Source: an uncultured Candidatus Saccharibacteria bacterium (lineage in GTDB: Bacteria > Patescibacteriota > Minisyncoccia > UBA6257 > 2-01-FULL-56-20). From it: a DNA stretch of 64,000 nucleotides. The position numbers were made by a program, and so were the translations under genes. The stretch's first letter is position 1. Each line of letters begins with the position of its first letter. Where the stretch lies: assembly GCA_964365185.1 (NCBI GenBank), contig CAYIOP010000002.1, positions 2,684-66,683 of the forward strand. Reading direction: 5' to 3'. The notes under the pieces are model-generated. The model ran no database searches, had not been told where the DNA came from, and saw only the letters and a list, made by a program, of their open reading frames with translations. Of this stretch, positions 16,220 through 24,307 are shown in pieces.

Positions 16220-16834
16220 CTACGCCGTCATCCTGTAATCATTTTCTTCTTCGTCATCTTCGGGTTTTGCCTGCGGCTCCGGCAATTTTCGGGTAATATC
16301 CATCACTTTTTCTATTGGCTCTTTTTCTATACCAAAGGCCTCTTCTGAAACCTTAGGGGTTCCTGTTTCTTTTAACCCTCCTTCAGTTTTTGAAACAGCT
16401 TGGCCCGCTTCAGAACCACGAGCTGAACCCTTTGCTAATCCCTCGCTCGGAGCGCCTCCTCTTGGAGTTTGAACGCTTTTTTTAGGCATTCCCTTTTTGC
16501 CCCCAGCGCTTTGGCTAATTTGTACGGCTTTTGCCGCCGCGGATTCTGGATGTCTGTCGGCGTATACTGTCATCCAAAAACCAATTGTGAGGAGTGGCAG
16601 ATCTCCCACCCAAGGGATAAGTTCTGTCAGCCAAGACACTCCCATTCGGCCAAATCCTAAGCCCCTAAACCACAAATATATAACTATTATCGACGCCAGG
16701 ATGTCTCCTAGCCAGAAGTCATCTAAACCAAAAAAAATCAAAATAAGTTCAATCCCGTCAATTAAAATTAAATATATCGAAATCAGAACAATCTCTACTG
16801 TCTTAAGCTTTGGCTTCGGTTTCTCTTCATCCAT
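16220..16834 (-). CDS. Membrane protein with low-complexity charged tail
   Basis: Hydrophobic N-terminal half with ELIPWVGDLP motif; disordered C-terminus. Confidence 0.7.
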   Translation of the reverse strand: MDEEKPKPKLKTVEIVLISIYLILIDGIELILIFFGLDDFWLGDILASIIVIYLWFRGLGFGRMGVSWLTELIPWVGDLPLLTIGFWMTVYADRHPESAAAKAVQISQSAGGKKGMPKKSVQTPRGGAPSEGLAKGSARGSEAGQAVSKTEGGLKETGTPKVSEEAFGIEKEPIEKVMDITRKLPEPQAKPEDDEEENDYRMTA

Positions 16835-16835
16835 G

Positions 16836-16961
16836 CTCCGTAGGAAATTAAATATTTTTTGTTAATTTGTAAACGACGTTTTCATATTATCTTACTTTGT
16901 CATAATTCTGCTAAATTATATTAGCTCAAAAATATTTTATTTTTCGTTATTTCCTACGGGG
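16836..16961. mobile_element. 126-bp MITE-like element (family B), copy 2, at the start codon of gene 16220-16834
   Basis: TIR CTCCGTAGGAAAT / ATTTCCTACGGGG; flanks CATG (16832-16835) and CATA (16962-16965); same length as 3327-3452. Confidence 0.8.
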
Positions 16962-16978
16962 CATATTTTATCTATAAT

Positions 16979-18736
16979 CTACGATTTTCCCTCTAAAATC
17001 TGTTGTGGATTCGTGGTGATAATTTTATCCTCAAAATAGGAAGCGATAATTTGAATCGAAACGTGTCTTCGGCCGGCAAAAAATAATCCTGTTCCCACTT
17101 CGGCTGTTAAAAGTAAACTTTTTTCCGCTTCAGTTAAACCAAAAGCCTTAGCCACGATATCAATGGTAGCCGGCGATTGTTTTAAAAGAATCTGAATTGA
17201 GGAGTTGGTGATAATCGGCCGGCCGTAAGGCGAGCGCAAAAAGTCCTCCACGTCTTGAGTAATAGTCGAGACCCCTAAGTAATATTTTCGAGCCCGTTTC
17301 ACCAGTCCAAAAAGGAAAATGGCGCTGTCTTCATATTTCATCATCCACCACGCCTCGTCGATAATTAAAAGCCGTTTTTTGAGTTGAGCGCGGGTTAAAT
17401 TCCAAATAAAATTTAAAATTATATACATCGCAATTGGCCGGAGCTCTTCTTCTAGATCGCGAATCGAAAAAACAATCAATCGGTTATTAACATTAATGTT
17501 GGTCGGCTGGTTAACAAATCCCGAAAAGCTACCTTTAGTGTATTTATAAAGTCGCTCCGCAATTCCTTTGCCCCCTTCCAAATTCCGTAAAACCGTCTCT
17601 AAATCTTCAAGCAGCGGTGCCTTCGCTCCGGTAAAATCCTCCCCAGCCACAATTTCGCGCGAAGCATAGGTTTCGGTAATTGCTCTATCCAAAAGCGCGT
17701 CTTCCACCGCCGTCACTTTGCCAAGCATTAGTTTAACCAGTCCTGCCATATTCACGATGTGAGACCGCAGAACATCCGATGCCGTCTCTCCGTCCGGAAT
17801 AGTTGGCACGTCAAACGGGTTAATGTGTTCGTCCGACGAGAGCGAGATATTAAAGAAACTTCCTCCAAAGGCCTCACATAACCTCTGGTATTCGTTTTCT
17901 GGGTCAATCACAATTACATCCACTCCGGTCATTAAGTAGCGGATAATCTCCAGTTTGGTAGTGTAGGATTTGCCTGAACCGGACTTGGCAAAAACTACCT
18001 GATTGGCGTTTTCAAGCGAAAACCGGTCAAAAATAATCAAATTATTATTGTGCCGGTTGATGCCGTACATAATGCCCTGGCTGGAGTTTAAGTCCTCAGA
18101 AACAAACGGAAAAAAAGAAGATACTGGCCCAGAATTCATTGGTGATTTCACATCGATTTTATCTTCTACGAGCGGGAAAATGGATTGCAACCCTTCAAGT
18201 TGTTGGAAAAGAGCGGGCTTAATATAAATCAGTTTCGCGTCCAAGATATTTACAACATGGCTTTCTAGTTTTGAGAGTTCCTCTAGGGTGTCTCCATAGA
18301 TGGCAATATAAACTCCCAAATCAAATAATTTTTCCTGGGCTTGTTGCAGAGAATCTCTTAAGGATTCCACGTCTTGAAGAGCGGTCTCTAGCATCGGGTC
18401 TCTCACTAAGCCCTTTTCTTGTTGGTCATTGATTTGGGATTCTATTTGAGCTGATTTTTTTCTTAAATTTTTAAGGGCAATGCCGGTGTCGATTGGATTT
18501 ATAAAAAGTGAGACGTCAAAAATGTTAGGCAAATTAATAAAGGGCTCAAACCAGCCGGTCGAGAGATAGCGTGGATAAGAAAAAACAAAAAACGTCTTGA
18601 CGAATTTGTCGCCGATTTTAAGGTAATTTGAATTCACCTGAACGCCGGCCGGCGAAATTATTTTTTTTGTTTCTTTAAAATTATTTTCCATATCTTTACA
18701 CTTCCTTTCCCGGAATATTTTGAAGTTCTTTTTCAA
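16979..18736 (-). CDS. virB4: VirB4-like T4SS ATPase; true start probably ATG 18691
   Basis: Walker A AKSGSGKS, VIDPENEY, INPFD, Walker B IIDEAW, KRARKY, TQDVEDF. Confidence 0.9.
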   Translation of the reverse strand: MKKNFKIFRERKCKDMENNFKETKKIISPAGVQVNSNYLKIGDKFVKTFFVFSYPRYLSTGWFEPFINLPNIFDVSLFINPIDTGIALKNLRKKSAQIESQINDQQEKGLVRDPMLETALQDVESLRDSLQQAQEKLFDLGVYIAIYGDTLEELSKLESHVVNILDAKLIYIKPALFQQLEGLQSIFPLVEDKIDVKSPMNSGPVSSFFPFVSEDLNSSQGIMYGINRHNNNLIIFDRFSLENANQVVFAKSGSGKSYTTKLEIIRYLMTGVDVIVIDPENEYQRLCEAFGGSFFNISLSSDEHINPFDVPTIPDGETASDVLRSHIVNMAGLVKLMLGKVTAVEDALLDRAITETYASREIVAGEDFTGAKAPLLEDLETVLRNLEGGKGIAERLYKYTKGSFSGFVNQPTNINVNNRLIVFSIRDLEEELRPIAMYIILNFIWNLTRAQLKKRLLIIDEAWWMMKYEDSAIFLFGLVKRARKYYLGVSTITQDVEDFLRSPYGRPIITNSSIQILLKQSPATIDIVAKAFGLTEAEKSLLLTAEVGTGLFFAGRRHVSIQIIASYFEDKIITTNPQQILEGKS

Positions 18737-19376
18737 TCGTTTCCGGATTATAGAAATTATAAAAAAGCTCCACTAAGGCCTGGTCGTCTAAAAGAATCGC
18801 TTCTAGTCCGATTACGCTTAAGCCCTCAATAATTTGGTTTGATCGCTGGTTAATCTTGCTGACGTTTTCTTTAAACTCCAATTCTTTATTTTGTTCTTCT
18901 TGTTTTGGTTCCGGCGCTTGCTTTTTAAAAAACGGAATAAATTTAGTGATTCCCGCCACACTTTCTTTGCTTGGCAGATTAATTAAATTTAATGGCACCA
19001 CCACCAAAAATGTCTTCTCCATAATAGCGTTTTCATGAACAAACCCGCTGATAAATTGTTGGTATTCTCCAATTTGATTTCGGAGAAGGGGCGACGGTTC
19101 ATCGGCTTTTCTCGCTTCCAAGTTATTTAAATATCTTTCGATATTCACTTTTCTCGAATGAATGATGATTTGAATCGGAAAATCCAAGCTGTTTAAAAAA
19201 TTTTGATAACCCGACGAGATAATATCCATTTCACTCTCCGACATTAAAGCCGTATTTAACCCCGCCACCATCACTACCTGTCGCAGTCCTCCGTCTTTTA
19301 ATAGCACGACACTCTCTTTAATCTCCTCAATCTCCACCAAATCCTGAGTATTGGCTAGTTGTTGTTTTAGGGCCAT
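18696..19376 (-). CDS. TraC/TcpE-like protein resembling a VirB4 N-terminal region
   Basis: TQDLVEIEEIKESVVLLKDG, FLNSLDFPIQIIIHSRK, LFYNFYNP; directly upstream of virB4. Confidence 0.7.
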   Translation of the reverse strand: MALKQQLANTQDLVEIEEIKESVVLLKDGGLRQVVMVAGLNTALMSESEMDIISSGYQNFLNSLDFPIQIIIHSRKVNIERYLNNLEARKADEPSPLLRNQIGEYQQFISGFVHENAIMEKTFLVVVPLNLINLPSKESVAGITKFIPFFKKQAPEPKQEEQNKELEFKENVSKINQRSNQIIEGLSVIGLEAILLDDQALVELFYNFYNPETIEKELQNIPGKEV

Positions 19377-19449
19377 AAAAATAAGTTCAATATATATTCT
19401 TCCTTCAATTATACTTTTACTTTGTCATTGAGTGAAGCCCTGACATAAG

Positions 19450-19924
19450 AGCTAAAAACGAAAAACTAAAAACGCAAAGTAAAGAATTAAGGGTTACCCT
19501 TTCTCTTTTTAAGGGTTAAGATGCTGGAGCCAAGAATATTAGCGATTTCAGTTGTTTCTTGTATCAATAATTCAACCTCTTCTAGGTTAGCTTTCTTAGC
19601 ATCTCTAAGTAAATACAGCCAAAACTTGCTCTCGTTGGCGGATTTTAAAGCATAACTAAAAAAATTAGTGAAGTCCTTTCTCGTGCTTCCAGCTTGAGCT
19701 TCAATAATATTCGCGCCTATACTAGTAGCGCTTCTCAGTAATTGCTTCGCGATTATTTGAACCGCTAAATCTTTTTTATCGAGGTTATCAATAAATTTTA
19801 TAATCTTCAAAGCCAATGAATAAGATTTCTTTTTTGAATCCATTCTTATTTTATATCTTTACACTTTTCGTTTTTAGCTTCTAATTAAATTCTACTTTAC
19901 GTTTTTCGCTTTTCGTTTTTAGCT
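19450..19924. mobile_element. Four-helix-bundle gene cassette bounded by ~37-bp heptamer-built inverted repeats
   Basis: AGCTAAAAACGAAAAACTAAAAACGCAAAGTAAAGAATT (19450-19488) is the imperfect reverse complement of AATTCTACTTTACGTTTTTCGCTTTTCGTTTTTAGCT (19888-19924). Confidence 0.65.
19487..19843 (-). CDS. Four helix bundle protein (23S rRNA IVP / bAvd-like family)
   Basis: IAKQLLRSATSIGANIIEAQ...DFTNFFSYALKSANESKFWLYLL signature. Confidence 0.92.
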   Translation of the reverse strand: MDSKKKSYSLALKIIKFIDNLDKKDLAVQIIAKQLLRSATSIGANIIEAQAGSTRKDFTNFFSYALKSANESKFWLYLLRDAKKANLEEVELLIQETTEIANILGSSILTLKKRKGNP

Positions 19925-20449
19925 TTAACGGTAGTCCACCCTCCTCGCCGCTTTCCTCTCTCCGGTGATTTTCTCCAAAATTTGGTATTTTTCTTTAACC
20001 TTTTCCGAAAATTGTTTGGCGCTGGTTAAGCTTTCTTTGGTGCCGGTTTGAAGTTTTTGCCATTTTCCTTTTAAAGAAAGGCCCATCACGATATTTTCGA
20101 TCGACAATCCCGGCCGAGCCATTTTTTTAATTTCCTCGTCTTTTTTCACCTCTGATTTATCTAGAGTTGGTTTATCGGACTTCCAAACATAGGTTTGTGG
20201 TTGCCAGTAAAATTTTAAAGCTGAAAGCATTATCGTGGTAAAAGGCCGGCCGTTAATTTTAATAAAAGCCATCGAGCCGCCTACCGCCACCATTAGCAAG
20301 GTTAAAATCAGCCATAGCCAGGTTTTGACCATAAAAAATAGCAGAAAACTTAACCCCACCATCGCTCCGATATAAAAGAATTGTCTTAAGGTTAGGGGTC
20401 CAACTATTTTGTCTTCGGTTTCAATAAATTGAGGAACTTGAAATTGCAT
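19925..20449 (-). CDS. PrgI family (VirB3-like) protein
   Basis: MQFQVPQFIETEDKIVGPLTLRQF followed by two TM helices and INGRP. Confidence 0.85.
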   Translation of the reverse strand: MQFQVPQFIETEDKIVGPLTLRQFFYIGAMVGLSFLLFFMVKTWLWLILTLLMVAVGGSMAFIKINGRPFTTIMLSALKFYWQPQTYVWKSDKPTLDKSEVKKDEEIKKMARPGLSIENIVMGLSLKGKWQKLQTGTKESLTSAKQFSEKVKEKYQILEKITGERKAARRVDYR

Positions 20450-20524
20450 AAGTACATTTGATCTACAATATCTCTATTATCTCTCTATCACCTTTCGTCT
20501 ACAACCTAACACCTAATTTAATTA

Positions 20525-22138
20525 CTAAACTTTCTTAAGTGTTTCCAAGTCAATCTTTCCATTCTCCGGATTTAAATTCTTCGAATCCAAAGATATATTC
20601 TGCGGTTTTATGTCCGCGGTTTTAGGAGCTCCCTCTTGAAAAAATTTACCATCTTGTTTACTCGAGAAGAAATCATTTGTCTTAACACTTCCTTTGTTTA
20701 ATTCATCCGGTCTTTGAGGCAAGGGGGTGGGGGGCATTTTTATCTCCGGAGTCAATTTCTTATTTCCTCCGAAAAGCGATTTAAACCAATTTTTCTTCTG
20801 TGGCTCGGCTTCATAAGCCGGCAGTGAGCTTATCTGGTCTGCTCCATAATTAATTTTAGCCACTGGTTTTGGGATTGTTGGCTGCGGCATTTTATTGATC
20901 GGTGTTTCGGTTAGGGGTTTATTTAAATCAACCTTGTTGAATCGATTTAAATCCACCACCGGTTTTCCGGTTAAATCCATCGCCGGTTTTTGAAAGGCGG
21001 GTTTATTGATTGCTTCATTCGGTAAATTAGCTGGTCTCTCAAGCGGCGTCTGAAAAGAACTGTAGTGAACCACTTTTGGCGGCTTAATCACCTCTGATTT
21101 GGAAAATTCTTCACTGCTTTTTTTATCTTGTCTGCCAATTTCGATTCTAACAGGCCCCCTATCCTCGCCAGGCCTAATCATCTCGAACGTCGGGGACGGA
21201 GCTTCGATTTTAAAAGCCGCCTCTCTTTTCATCGGCGCCGAATTTAGCTCTTGATGAAGAATTAAAGGTTTCTCTGTTTCAATAGGGCGAACATTCGTTT
21301 TTGCTTCGAAGCTAGAAATTTTTGGAGTCGCCGTGATTTCAGTTGCCCCAACTTCTTGTTCTTCGTGTTTTTTAAGCACCCCGATTAATTCCGCGCCTGA
21401 CCGCTCTAATTTTTTAATTTCTTCCACAATCCCTAAAACATCGTTTTTTTGTTCCCAAGATAAGGCCGCTGGTTTTGGCGGCTCAATTGGTTTTTGAGCT
21501 GGCTGGATTTTTGGCGCTGGCGGCTGAGGAATCGGTATTTCTCTGGCTTGTGTCATGCTGCCGCTTAAATTCACCGGCATTATCGTTTCTATCTCGTCTA
21601 ACATCTTTGGCGCCACCTTTGGTTGCGCCTGAATTGGTTGAGGCTTTAAAGCCGGCTTAATTTCACCTTCCTTTTCTTTGGCCACTGTCCTTTCTATATT
21701 TTCCATCATGACCGGCGGCCTTTGGGTTTGAGTTATTGGTTGCTTTCTTTCTTCGGTTGTTTTAAAAGCCGCTTTTTCAAGTTCCAAATCCATTCCTACT
21801 CGCGATTCCTTGGTTACGGGAGCGTAAAGTTTCTCAAGCTGACTGCGATAAGGCGCAAAGAGCCGATTACCCAATGTTTTGGAAACATTCTCCGCGATTT
21901 TAATGTCGATTTTAAGAGCTTCCTGAAGTTCGCGCGCCACTTCCTCTGGGTGTAAAAATCCCATTATCACATAACCGGCGATTCTGGAAATTATTGGAAT
22001 TCTATCAACTGGAATATGTTCGGTCTCCGCAATTCGGTCTAAAATTTCCACGCTGTGTTCCGATACCAAAACCTCCCGCAGATTTTCTGGCAGAGTATCC
22101 CATCGCTGTAGAGCTTGTGATTTTGGAACAATAGTCAT
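20525..22138 (-). CDS. Hypothetical protein: helical N-terminal domain plus long Pro/Lys/Glu-rich disordered region
   Basis: 537-aa ORF in the T4SS-like operon; N-terminal WDTLPENLREVL...GYVIMGFLHPEE. Confidence 0.7.
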   Translation of the reverse strand: MTIVPKSQALQRWDTLPENLREVLVSEHSVEILDRIAETEHIPVDRIPIISRIAGYVIMGFLHPEEVARELQEALKIDIKIAENVSKTLGNRLFAPYRSQLEKLYAPVTKESRVGMDLELEKAAFKTTEERKQPITQTQRPPVMMENIERTVAKEKEGEIKPALKPQPIQAQPKVAPKMLDEIETIMPVNLSGSMTQAREIPIPQPPAPKIQPAQKPIEPPKPAALSWEQKNDVLGIVEEIKKLERSGAELIGVLKKHEEQEVGATEITATPKISSFEAKTNVRPIETEKPLILHQELNSAPMKREAAFKIEAPSPTFEMIRPGEDRGPVRIEIGRQDKKSSEEFSKSEVIKPPKVVHYSSFQTPLERPANLPNEAINKPAFQKPAMDLTGKPVVDLNRFNKVDLNKPLTETPINKMPQPTIPKPVAKINYGADQISSLPAYEAEPQKKNWFKSLFGGNKKLTPEIKMPPTPLPQRPDELNKGSVKTNDFFSSKQDGKFFQEGAPKTADIKPQNISLDSKNLNPENGKIDLETLKKV

Positions 22139-22156
22139 TTAATTTAAAAATTAAAT

Positions 22157-24307
22157 TTATTCTTTTTCTCCTCCGCCTCCTCCATAGCTAAAGCCGCCTA
22201 AACCAACGGAGTTTCTCACCATAGAATTTTTAAAGTTTTCTACATTTTGTCTCATTTTTTCATCTAGTCTTGTTATTCTTTGAATTTGCGCTTCAGTTTC
22301 CAGAGAAGAAGGAAGGCCGGCTAGTCGGCTCATTTCTATTTTATAGCCAGCCAGCTCTTGTTCCATGGCGCCCTGATAAGATGGGGCGAAATTTTCTAAA
22401 GTCGAGGCCCTGGATTTTGAAATAACATTTGGCACTAACGAAGGCATGCTCGCTGTCATTCCATGGGCTACACTCCAACCTAGTTCCTTTAGAGTATTTT
22501 CGTCTAATCCCATTTTAGCTTTACCACTAAACATATCATTGATGTGCATAAGCGCCACATCTTTTTTCTCAAAAGTTTTATAAAATTCTCTCGCCGCCTC
22601 ATCAATTTTATCTCTTGAAGCCCCCCCTCTTTTTAAATTCATCATCTCTACATTTACCGTGCTCGCCTTTTCTAGTTTTTCGAAAGCTTTTTTCTGGTCA
22701 TATTGTTCATAAAGTTTTTTATTTCTATCATTAATAGTTGAATGAATATTTAAATCACCCAATTCTCCACGTTTCATTAATTCCTGTTCAATGGCTATTT
22801 TTTCTTCATTTGTAGCTGAAAGATGTTTGGTCTTTAGAACGCTATCAGAAAGTCCTTTTATTCTTTCTGCCGCCGCCTTCACTAAGTTTTCTCCCCCAGC
22901 CACCCTAAGTTGTGTTAACCCCGTTGCTCCCGCTCCCAGTCCTTTAGCCGCAAGGCCAGCGCCAAAGAATCTGGCTAATTTTGACCTATCTCTAAGCCCC
23001 TGAAGTCCCGAGGTAGCGGCTTTTAATCCCTTCTCAGCCCTAACAACCCCAGCCACTTTTCCAGCCGCCCTAATTCCTTTCCCTTTTGCCCACCCGCCCA
23101 TCTTGCCGGCAAATCCTTTCATCGCCGCCATCCCCGCCGCGGCTCCGTGAATGCTTAAACTATTGGCCGCGAAAAGTCCGCCGATCGCAAGCCCCACCAT
23201 CAAAACCGCCTGGAGCGCGAACTCTATAATTGGCGAAAAAAGCCCGGTAAAAAATCCGGTCTCAAGCGCCTTAAATGTCGAACTGTGAGTTGAACCAAAC
23301 GAACCCGAAGCCCCCTGGCCTTCAGACATTGCGCTGTTAACCAGAACCACTAAATAAAGGAAGAAAACTACAATCGGCGCGAAAAATACTTGTTTTAAAA
23401 AAGTGTGCCACCACTTATCCCAGTTGCTTTTAAGTCCTGGGAATATCCACATTAACCACGCAAACGGCATCAATATCAGAAGAATGCCAATCGAAACATA
23501 CCGATAAAGCAACATCACCACCAATATTCCTAAAGTAATATTAATTGCCGCCAAGGTGAGTATGGTCACAAACAAAGAAGCAATTGGCAGGAGTAATTTA
23601 CCCATTGATTGTCCTATAATCGAGTTGGTACCCGAATTTTGGTCAACATCTTCTGTGGTTAACTCATTCGCGCCTGCTTCAAATAAAACCCCTTTCTGCG
23701 GATTAAAAGCTCCAGATAAAGCGGTGGCAAAATTATTAAAAGAATTCCCCTCTCCAGCCGGATTCACTTGTTCCAAAAAATAAATCGTCAGTTGGTCCGC
23801 AAAGTTTAAAATCGCGCCGGCAAAAACCAAACTAAAATTAACCAGCAAAGCCGCCACAATCAATTTCCACAAAATCTCTTTAATGCCATAGCCAGAGATG
23901 CGCAAGATAGTGGCAATGGCAATCACGATAATCGCCGCGGTAAATCCTAAATTAGCGATTGAAAGGGATACCGGAAACCCGAATTTAACCGCCGGCGAAT
24001 TCACAATCTGAGTGTTCAGGTTCAAAATCACTTCAATTATCCAGGTCTGAATAGCAATTCCTATGGCCGCGATCGTGCTTATAAGCCACGAAAATCCAAA
24101 CATGACTTTTCCGATTACCGTATAAGCAATGTCGCCAAAAAAATCCGCGTGCGTCTGTTGCGGCGCAAACAAAATTACAAATACCAATGGCGCCGCGAGC
24201 CCCAGCCCCCAAACAATCACCCGTCGTTTTCCCCAAAACCAATTTTTTATTTTAATCAGTTGACGCATTTTCATCTTTTTAATTTTAACCAGTTGCCGCC
24301 GGTTCAT
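22157..24307 (-). CDS. VirB6/TrbL-like polytopic membrane protein with Gly/Ala-rich linker and helical C-terminus
   Basis: IANLGF...LIVAALLVNFSL, ILLILMPFAWL...WDKWW...VFFAPIVVFFLYL; operon context. Confidence 0.75.
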   Translation of the reverse strand: MNRRQLVKIKKMKMRQLIKIKNWFWGKRRVIVWGLGLAAPLVFVILFAPQQTHADFFGDIAYTVIGKVMFGFSWLISTIAAIGIAIQTWIIEVILNLNTQIVNSPAVKFGFPVSLSIANLGFTAAIIVIAIATILRISGYGIKEILWKLIVAALLVNFSLVFAGAILNFADQLTIYFLEQVNPAGEGNSFNNFATALSGAFNPQKGVLFEAGANELTTEDVDQNSGTNSIIGQSMGKLLLPIASLFVTILTLAAINITLGILVVMLLYRYVSIGILLILMPFAWLMWIFPGLKSNWDKWWHTFLKQVFFAPIVVFFLYLVVLVNSAMSEGQGASGSFGSTHSSTFKALETGFFTGLFSPIIEFALQAVLMVGLAIGGLFAANSLSIHGAAAGMAAMKGFAGKMGGWAKGKGIRAAGKVAGVVRAEKGLKAATSGLQGLRDRSKLARFFGAGLAAKGLGAGATGLTQLRVAGGENLVKAAAERIKGLSDSVLKTKHLSATNEEKIAIEQELMKRGELGDLNIHSTINDRNKKLYEQYDQKKAFEKLEKASTVNVEMMNLKRGGASRDKIDEAAREFYKTFEKKDVALMHINDMFSGKAKMGLDENTLKELGWSVAHGMTASMPSLVPNVISKSRASTLENFAPSYQGAMEQELAGYKIEMSRLAGLPSSLETEAQIQRITRLDEKMRQNVENFKNSMVRNSVGLGGFSYGGGGGEKE

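Noticed and set aside
19487-19843. Diversity-generating retroelement, suggested by the Avd-like fold
   Set aside because: No reverse transcriptase and no template/variable repeat pair differing at adenines was seen in the window.
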